Assembly: GCA_965219345.1 (NCBI GenBank)
Contig: OZ244732.1
Coordinates: forward strand, 1,440,001 to 1,504,000
DNA length: 64,000 bases
Direction of reading: 5' to 3'
From: Nitrosopumilus sp.
GTDB lineage: Archaea > Thermoproteota > Nitrososphaeria > Nitrososphaerales > Nitrosopumilaceae
The first letter of the stretch is position 1, and every line of letters starts with the position of its first letter. Positions 59,801 through 64,000 of the stretch are shown piece by piece. The notes under the pieces were generated by a model, which did no database searches, had not been told where the DNA came from, and saw only the letters and a list, made by a program, of their open reading frames with translations. The translations under genes were made by a program, and so were the position numbers.

Positions 59801-62056
59801 TCTGACGAAGGAACGGTGTCGGCAAACACCGATCCCGACAATTCGGGCAACACCATAATCCTTACCGTCTCCGGCATTACCGACACATCCGATGCTCCAA
59901 ACGTGATTTACACCGAGTCTGACGGCACCGTGACAGATACCGCATCAAACCCTGCAGCGAGCCAGACCTTTACCGGCACCACCCCGCTGCCGGACACTAT
60001 TCCACCAACAATCACTGCGGCTTCTATGACCTCGGCTACCAACATGACCCTGACATACAGCGAGAACATAGACGTCACAACCACGAACGGCGCAGGATTC
60101 GCCCTCTCTGACGGAGGAACAGTGTCGGCAAACACCGATCCCGACAATTCGGGCAACACCATAATCCTTACCGTCTCCGGCATTACCGACACATCCGATA
60201 CTCCAGCCATCACCTATACCGCTCCACCTGGCACCGTGGTTGACAACGCGTCAAACCAGGCAGCAAACCAGACCTTTACCGGTACAACCGATAACGCGCC
60301 GCCAACCGTATCCTCCATTGCAACTGCCGGCACATCAACAATTGATATCGTGCTGTCCGAAGACGTCACAATAAACGGTGCGGCACCCGAAGACTTTGCG
60401 CTGTCCGGCACCATATCCACGGACCCAGTCGTAACCGGAATCACCGCCATTGCCGCCGCTGCTGCCAACACGGTCACCCTTGCCCTTGACGATACGCTTG
60501 ATCATGACGATGTCATCCTCCTGGCATACACCAAGACCACGGGCAGCATAGATGACATTCCTGCCGCTTCTGTCATCCTTGACACCTCCTTCTCCGTGTC
60601 CTCACAGAGCGACTTCCCGACAGGCCTAACCTTCTCTGCCAACGGAACAAAGATGTTTGTTCTAAGTGATGGTGACGATGCCGTATACGAGTACGCGCTA
60701 ACCGCCCCCTTCGACGTGTCTTCCGCCACCTTTACCAGATCTGACGTGTCTTCCGCCACCTTTACCAACTCTTCCTCAATGCCACAGGACACACTCCCGA
60801 CAGGCCTAACCTTCTCTGCCAACGGAACAAGGATGTTTGTCGTAGGTGATAGTCAAAACGTAATCGAGTACACGCTAACCGCCCCCTTTGACCTGTCTGC
60901 TGCTGTCACCTTTGCCAGCTTCTTCTCAGTGGCATCGCAAGTACAATCCCCGACAGGCCTAACCTTCTCTGCCAACGGAACAAAGATGTTTGTCGTGGAT
61001 GACAATGACGATGCCGTATACGAGTACACATTAACCGCCCCCTTTGACGTATCCACTGCCGTCCCTGCCGGCTCCTTCTCCATATCCTCACAGGACACAT
61101 TGCCATTTGGCATAACCTTCTCCGATGACGGTACCAGGATGTTTGTCGTAGGTAATTCTAACGGCAAGGTAAACGAGTACGCATTAACCACCGCCTTTGC
61201 CGTATCCACTGCCTCCTTTGCCGGCTCTTTTTCAACAGTTCCACAAGAGACGTTCCCATATGACCTGGCCTTCTCCGGTGACGGTACCACGATGTTCGTC
61301 GTAGGCATTAATAGCGATGCCGTATACCAGTACGCGCTGCCCGAACCGTTTACGCTATTCCCACAGCCAAACTCGCTTGCCAGCTTTGCGGCAGCCCCAG
61401 TCACAAACAACAACATTGCACCGCCCGTTGCGGATGATACGGAGGAACCAGAACCTGAACCGGAAAGAAAGCCCGAAAAGAGTGGTAGAGGCGGTGGTGG
61501 CGGCGGCCGTACCGGCGTCAGTCCAGCCGGAGGAGGAGAACCCCTGTCCAACATTGAGCTTTACGGCGTTTCATGGAACTGTGAGACGGGCCTAATCAGA
61601 ATAATAACCGGTGATGACTCGCCTACGCTGTCGGTATCCGTCAGAACCTCCATTGGCGGCCTGGCCGAGGCCAGCCTGTCCGATGAAAGAATACCCGGCA
61701 GCAAGGTATTCACATCCCATATGGGGCCTTCCGAGACATACCTTGGCATACTGCTGGTGGACATAGCGGGACGGGACAGCAACATTAGAAACGAAAGCAT
61801 CAGCATAAAACAGTGCGTTGGCGAGAAGACATATGATGGTGATGGTGATGGTGATGGTGATGGTGATGGTGACGCATCCGATACGCCAAAAAAGTCCCAG
61901 TCCAGTAGTAGCAGCAGCAGCGCATCCAAAGGCGACATGGAATGCAAGCCGGGCTTTACGCTGGTCAAGAACCTGAGAGATGATCTTGCCTGCCTCCTTG
62001 ACCGCTCGGTACAGCCGCTGATGGAGCGCGGCTGGGTAGAATCAATAGTCGGATAA
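47816..62056 (+). CDS. giant repetitive surface protein/adhesin (Ig/SwmB-like repeats and seven beta-propeller modules)
   Basis: 4746 aa; signal peptide MERISF..PAHA; about 19 PTITAAAVTS repeats; 7 x 5 blades with GLAFSxDGTKMFV; C-terminal C..G..L...AC...LMERGW motif. Confidence 0.93.
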   Translation: MCENKEMERISFVILISTLMLASLSIVPAHAAEHPTIIAASVTSATSIVLTYSENVDVNATDGAGFGLSDGGKVTANTDPAGSGNTITLTVSGITNTSDTPDVTYIESDGTVADGASNPAASQIFTGTVDDAPPTVSSIATSSASTIDIVLSENVTVNGAAPGDFVLSGTISTDPTVTGITAAADTVTLSLNDTLDGDDVIRLAYTRTMSSIDDISLTSFVDSFSVKAIEDEDPRSLAFSGDGYKIFILDGIADAVHEYTLTAPFDISNAAPVSSFSVASEDEDPRGLAFSGDGTKMFVVGTFDDGDVHEYALAVPFNISDATSANSFSTRSQDSYPRSLAFSGDGTKMFVVDSIGKDVNEYTLTAPFDISNATFVDSFSLVPSNVTFPQGLTFSNDGTRMFVVDSNSNDVHEYALTAPFDVSTATFVDSFSLVPSNIAFPQGLTFSNDGTRMFVTDFDTSDVYEYALSKPFTLFPQPNSLDSFVTTLVTNNIVPPTITAAAVTSLTEIVLTYSENVDVTTTNGEGFTLSVGTVTANTDPAGSDDTITLTVSGITTSDAPVITYIAPPGTVVDAESNPAADQTFTGTTDDAPPIVFSIATSNMSAIDIVLSEDVTVSSVAPEDFVLSSTISTDPTVTGITALNDTVTLSLNDTLAHNDVISLAYNKATGSIDDILAPPSFVGSFSVASQDNTPTGLAFSDDGTKMFVVGLTGTDINEYALTAPFDISNADFVDSFSVGSQEAFPADLAFSANGTKMFVIGLAGNDINKYTLTAPFDVSTASFVDSFQVSQTDISPRSLAFSNDGTKMFVLDIFGGDSYVNEYTLNGPFDVSTSSFVDSFSVASHAPSPQGLAFSDDGTKMFVSSSDNDAVIKYALTAPFDVSTASFVDSFSVSSQGFALTALAFSDDGTRMFVLENDSNAVYEYALSEPFTLFPQPNSLASFAAMSVTNNIVPLDTVPPTITAAAVTSLTEIVLTYSEDIDVTTTNGAGFTLSVGTVSATSDPAGSDDTITLTVSGITTSDTPNVTYTASDGSVADSALNQAASQTFTGTTDNAPPTVLSIVTNDTSTINIVLSENVTINGAAPEDFALSSTISTDPAVTGITAVTNNTVALALDDTLDSNDVILLAYTKTTGSIDDIPLPPLDGSFPVDMQDSESTGLAFSNDGTRMFVVSTGSDSDNDAVHQYTLTAAFDVSTATFVDSFSVGSQDTFPSGLAFSGDGTKMFVVGSFDNNINEYTLTTAFDVSTATSANSFSVSSQDILPLDMAFSADGTKMFVLGDAGDDINEYTLSAPFDVSNVAGTSDVTFVDSFPVASQDRSTQGLTFSADGTRMFVVGSINGAVYGYALTAAFDVSTATFVDSFSVTSQDRFPRGLAFSADGTRIFVLGSDSKNVHQYALSEPFTLFQQPNSLASFAAMSVTNNIPSDTTPPTITAAAVTSLTEITLTYSENIDVTTTNGEGFTLSVGQVTANTDPDNSDDTITLTISGITASDAPDVIYTESDGSVTDGASNPAASQTFTGTTPLPDTIPPTITAAAVTSLTEILLTYSENIDVTTTNGEGFILFVEGTVSANSDPDNSGNTITLTVSGITASDAPNVIYTESDGSVTDGASNPAASQTFTGTTPLPDTVPPTITAAAVTSATSITLTYSENIDVTTTNGQGFSLSVGQVTTNTDPAGSADTITLTVSGIPSTSHRPDVTYAASDGTVTDSASNPAASQTFTGTVDDAPPTVSSIETSSTSTNAIDVVLSEDVTVNSVESRDFVLSGTISTNPALTAVTVAADTLTLHLNAALAHDDVINLAYTKTTGSIDDIALPSFVDSFPVASRDTFPSGLAFSNDGTKMFVAGDSTDSVHQHVLSAPFDVSTSNFVRSFSINAQSTSPQGLAFSNDGTKMFVTDSFKSTVNEYTLSAPFNISNATFVQSTSLALNALQPHGLAFSTNGTLMFVASDFNDSVYNYLLSTPFDLSSYIPIDSFSVASQDVDPRHLAFSNDGTKMFVTGDASDSVHEYTLSRPFDTLTADFDSSFSVFSQDTSPTGLAFSNDGIRMFVVGDFGNDINEYILPKPFALFPQPNSLASFAATLVTNNVAPTPPPDDIDPSIDTTLPTITAAAVTSLTEILLTYSEDIDVTTTDGEGFALSTGTVHANTDPAGTADTITLTVSGITASDAPDVIYTESDGNVEDTASNEAASQTFTGTTQLPDTIPPTITAASVTSATSITLTYSENIDVTTTNGAGFSLSTGQVSANTDPAGSDDTITLTVSGITTSDAPAITYIAPPGTVVDAESNPAADQTFTGTTDDAPPTVSSIATASTSTINIVLSENVTINGAAPEDFVLSSTISTDPAVTGITAVTNNTVALALDDTLDSNDAILLAYTKTTGSIDDIPLPPLLSSFPVGIQGSGSNGMAFSNDGTRMFVVSSGSGSDNDAVHQYTLTAPFDVSTATFVDSFSVASQDTVPQGLAFSGDGTKMFVVGGFDNNINEYTLSAAFDVSTATSANSFSVASQDTAPLDMAFSADGTKMFVLGGAGDAVYEYTLTAPFDVSNVAGTSDVTFVDSFPVASEDTAPTGLAFSGNGTRMFVVGNFNDAVYEYALTAPFDVSTATSANSFSVSSQDQSPTGLALSADGTRIFVLGDNSENVHQYALSEPFTLFLQPNSLASFAAMSVTNNIASPPAEIDPSIDTTPPTIIAAAVTSLTEILLTYSEDIDVTTTDGTGFALSVGTVHANTDPAGSNDTITLTVSGIAASYTPAISYTTSDGTVTDTASNQAANQVFAGTTPLPDTTPPTITAAAVTSATSIVLTYSENIDVTTTDGEGFALSDGGTVSANSDPASTDDTITLTVSGITASDAPNVIYTESDGSVTDSASNPAANQTFTGTTPLPDTVPPEITAAAVTSAISIVLTYSENIDVSTTNGQGFSLSVGQVTTNTDPAGSADTITLTVSGIPSTSHRPDVTYAASDGTVTDSASNPAASQTFTGTTDDAPPTVSSIETSSTSTNAIDVVLSENVTINGATPEDFALSGTLSTYQRVTGITALADTVTLTLNDTLDSDDVISLAYTKGTGSIDDISLTSFVDSFSTVFQDISPQGLAFSGDGTKMFVAGGDTDTVYEYALAVPFDVSTVRYNGNSFSVASQDTSPQGLAFSNDGTRMFVAGNFGNDVNEYTLTAPFDVSTVTFVDSFSVASQDESPQGLAFSNDGTRMFVAGRVSNAVYEYALTAPFDVSTASYGSSFPVGSQDTSPQGLAFSNDGTRMFVAGDIGNDVNEYTLTSPFDVSTATFVDFFSLATSSASSPQGLAFSNDGTRMFVADFDTFGVHEYALSKPFALFPQPNSLASFAATLVTNNIASPPAEIDPSIDTTPPTITAAAVTSLTEILLTYSENIDVTTTDGTGFALSTGTVHANTDPASTADTITLTVSGIAASDTPAISYTTSDGTVTDTASNQAANQVFAGTTALPDTIPPTITAAAVTSLTEILLTYSENIDVTTTDGAGFTLSDGGTVSANSDPASTDDTITLTVSGITTASDAPNVIYTESDGSVTDTASNPAANQTFTGTTPLPDTVPPEITAAAVTSATSIVLTYSENIDVTTTDGAGFTLSDGQVTANTDPAGSDDTITLAVSGITAFDAPNVIYTESDGSVTDTASNQAEDQTFAGTTAPPDTIPPTITAAAVTSLTEILLTYSENIDVSTTNGAGFALSDGGTVSANTDPDNSGNTIILTVSGITTADTPAITYTAPPGTVVDNASNPAADQTFAGTTPLPDTIPPRITAAAVTSLTEILLTYSENIDVTATNGAGFALSDGGTVSANTDPDNSGNTIILTVSGITTADTPAITYTAPPGTVVDNASNPAADQTFAGTTPLPDTIPPRITAAAVTSLTEILLTYSENIDVTATNGEGFALSDGGTVSANTDPAGTGNTIILTVSGITTASDAPNVIYTESDGTVTDTASNPAASQTFAGTTPLPDTIPPTITAAAVTSLTEIVLTYSENIDVTATNGQGFALSDEGTVSANTDPDNSGNTIILTVSGITDTSDAPNVIYTESDGTVTDTASNPAASQTFTGTTPLPDTIPPTITAASMTSATNMTLTYSENIDVTTTNGAGFALSDGGTVSANTDPDNSGNTIILTVSGITDTSDTPAITYTAPPGTVVDNASNQAANQTFTGTTDNAPPTVSSIATAGTSTIDIVLSEDVTINGAAPEDFALSGTISTDPVVTGITAIAAAAANTVTLALDDTLDHDDVILLAYTKTTGSIDDIPAASVILDTSFSVSSQSDFPTGLTFSANGTKMFVLSDGDDAVYEYALTAPFDVSSATFTRSDVSSATFTNSSSMPQDTLPTGLTFSANGTRMFVVGDSQNVIEYTLTAPFDLSAAVTFASFFSVASQVQSPTGLTFSANGTKMFVVDDNDDAVYEYTLTAPFDVSTAVPAGSFSISSQDTLPFGITFSDDGTRMFVVGNSNGKVNEYALTTAFAVSTASFAGSFSTVPQETFPYDLAFSGDGTTMFVVGINSDAVYQYALPEPFTLFPQPNSLASFAAAPVTNNNIAPPVADDTEEPEPEPERKPEKSGRGGGGGGRTGVSPAGGGEPLSNIELYGVSWNCETGLIRIITGDDSPTLSVSVRTSIGGLAEASLSDERIPGSKVFTSHMGPSETYLGILLVDIAGRDSNIRNESISIKQCVGEKTYDGDGDGDGDGDGDASDTPKKSQSSSSSSSASKGDMECKPGFTLVKNLRDDLACLLDRSVQPLMERGWVESIVG
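61834..61872 (+). repeat. (GATGGT)n microsatellite encoding poly(Asp-Gly)
   Basis: GATGGT x6 followed by GAC. Confidence 0.9.
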
Positions 62057-62149
62057 CACGTGTGTACGGTAGTGAGGCAAAGCCGCAATCGCGCTTGCCT
62101 GTATGGTTACGTCACGCATGACCCTGTCTTTGGTCTAGTAGTCTCATCG

Positions 62150-62321
62150 GGTTCTGGTAAAAAACGGTGATCAAGATCACCAAAAATTAACAGCAGGGTT
62201 ATGACAGATAATTTCAAGAAAATTACCATGTACTAATTATCCTAGGATTTCAAAGAGCGATTCGGAGAGAGGATCCATATCTGATGATTTATGGTGCAGA
62301 TCACCAGAATTTACTAGAATC
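62150..62321. mobile_element. cluster of IS6-like ends / MITE remnant
   Basis: GGTTCTGGTAAAAAACGGTGATC at 62150; 62271-62321 resembles the reverse complement of 43311-43362. Confidence 0.7.
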
Positions 62322-62535
62322 GGTGTTGCCGTTGTTGCAGAAATTATTCTTGTATCTGACATTTTTGTCCTGATTGAGAAGATGGTTTTTTCTTAAAAAG
62401 TCAAAATAATTGAGAATTAGTGTTATGTTGCGTTAGTGGAGCTTGACTCATAATTTTTACACTAGAAAGTTGGCGTGAGTTTTCGACAAATCAAAATAGA
62501 TGTAAAGATAGGGTGGTAGATAAAAAGTTAGGTGA

Positions 62536-63509
62536 TTATCGATCATTCACCACCAGTACATAATCAGGCAATAATGAGAAAGTATCTTCATCTCTATTGT
62601 TGTATCTCCATGCCATCTCCTTGATGTACAACAGAAACTTTTCAGAACTGACACCGTGATGCTTTGCCATTCTCTCTTTTGCAAAACTCCAAAAATCCTC
62701 AGTTCCGTTGATGCAGACATCGCCTTTTCCAAACATCCTACCGTGATCAGCTGACAAATGACGATAACCATGGAACATCAACGAATCATGATCTTTCCAC
62801 CTGTCTGTATACGCAATGCCTCCTTTCCTTACTTTCTTGACGGTTCCGGCAAGAAGTGTACTGACTTTCACATCTGTGACAATCTCAACGTGAACCTTTC
62901 CCTTTCTCTCCAAAATTCCAAATACAATTGTCCTGTTTTTGGCACCGCGTCCGCGATTTCCCTTTCCTTTGCCTCCAAAATACGCCTCATCAGCCTCAAT
63001 TTTGCCCTTTGGTTTCCTGTCTGACCTTGCAAGATGGCATGATATGGAGTGGTGCATACAGTCAAATGCATTTAGTGCGGTAGGATGACTGACATCTGCT
63101 TCCCTTGCTGCACGCAGGATGAAAACCAGGTAACGAAATCTGTCCTCTTCGTAGGATGACTGACATCTGCTTCCCTTGCTGCACGTCTTGCACTAATCCT
63201 AGGATCAAAGAGTTTGGTTAGAATCAACCATTTTGTAAAACCAATATTGATTGTATCCAACCATGTTCCGCCAAACGGCCTGTAATCTATTTTACAATCT
63301 TTGCACCTTAACTTTCCTCTTAATATGATGTAATACTTTTTGGAACCGCATGAGGTACGATGAACTGTATTTTTCTTTTGGAATTCCTTACAGGGAAATT
63401 CCAATGCGGCTGATTTGTTGTAAGTTATTTTGGATAGTTCAATCAGGTTGATTGTTTTTCCTAATAATTGTGTGAAATCAGTTGGCGGTAACAGGTTTAC
63501 AATCACCAA
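62536..63509 (-). mobile_element. IS1595-family transposase split by a 71-bp duplication-insertion
   Basis: Degenerate Zn ribbon, EADEAYFGG, YTD, INGTEDFWS, EMAWRYN; deleting 63115-63185 fuses the two ORFs. Confidence 0.9.
63080..63185. repeat. perfect 35-bp direct repeat with 36-bp spacer
   Basis: GTAGGATGACTGACATCTGCTTCCCTTGCTGCACG at 63080-63114 and 63151-63185. Confidence 0.97.
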
Positions 63510-63521
63510 AAAGAAAAAAAA

Positions 63522-63980
63522 TTAATTGAATGACCGGAGCTCGGATTTGAGCGAGTCTACGTCATAGGATGATTTCACATAGCTGTTTGCTGCAATCCCA
63601 TCCTTGATTTTGTAGACACCAGACTCAATTCCAGTGAGGTAGTAATTGTCCTTGTAGATACTATCAGTATCCTTTGACAAAAAGACAATGACCTCGTCTC
63701 TTTTATTCAATTCTGTGTCGTGCATCGACTCTTGGCTGATGTTGTTGTAGGTTCCACCATCTACAACAAACTCCATGGTTTTAGAGTATTGGCCTTTGAG
63801 TGATTCACTTTGGTGTAGTTCCCATACAGTATACACTGAGGGAAACGCCACGTTTCCACTAACCTCCCATTCAACATATGACCTGCTGTCTCCGAGGGTT
63901 CCATGTGCTACCAATATGCTTCGATCTACCAGATCTTCGTTACCGTAAACGGGGGAGTATGCTTCGGTAACTATGCTCAT
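63522..63980 (-). CDS. hypothetical protein, probably exported; may start beyond the window
   Basis: 152-aa ORF; DEVIVFL and GVYKIKDG pattern. Confidence 0.65.
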   Translation of the reverse strand: MSIVTEAYSPVYGNEDLVDRSILVAHGTLGDSRSYVEWEVSGNVAFPSVYTVWELHQSESLKGQYSKTMEFVVDGGTYNNISQESMHDTELNKRDEVIVFLSKDTDSIYKDNYYLTGIESGVYKIKDGIAANSYVKSSYDVDSLKSELRSFN

Positions 63981-64000
63981 GGGTATGATTCCTCCAAAAT

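Noticed and set aside
60713-60767. Further repeat-spacer-repeat unit
   Set aside because: Simple in-frame 30-bp tandem duplication without a spacer-sized insert
48127-62088. Many long minus-strand ORFs
   Set aside because: Antisense shadows of the repetitive giant gene
63080-63185. Canonical CRISPR locus
   Set aside because: Only two repeats, which are transposase coding sequence; no leader or cas genes; reported as an ectopic insertion instead
1-64000. tRNA or rRNA genes
   Set aside because: None recognised by eye; a covariance-model scan would be needed to exclude them

Overview
Genomic window from an ammonia-oxidising archaeon (Nitrosopumilaceae/Thaumarchaeota). A host-associated lifestyle (e.g. 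sponge symbiont) is inferred from the serpin, giant repeat protein, many IS elements and pseudogenes. An AT-rich, intact core block (about 13.2-41.9 kb) holds ilvC, methylmalonyl-CoA mutase subunits, meaB and epimerase, M1 peptidase, ppdK, tpiA, polB, dCMP deaminase, Hef helicase, parvulin, menA-like prenyltransferase, AKR, asparagine synthase, Alba-like protein and rpoK. It is flanked and interrupted by accessory regions (1-13 kb, 20.4-25 kb, 42-64 kb) that carry GC-richer surface-protein genes. Main observations: (1) three isolated repeat-spacer-repeat units (30-35 bp duplication of local sequence around a 34-36 bp unrelated insert) resemble ectopic CRISPR-type spacer integrations, and one demonstrably breaks an IS1595 transposase; (2) G/C homopolymers of 12-15 nt sit at the start of all four large surface-protein genes, in the promoter spacer of three mosaic paralogues and as a likely frameshift switch of a 4746-aa adhesin, suggesting phase variation; (3) IS6-type ends bound the accessory modules, including a composite element that carries a surface gene, with an 8-bp target duplication and its empty site both visible in the window; (4) a decayed defence cluster (TIR, HEPN, RelE-like pair, AAA_33 kinase) is present.
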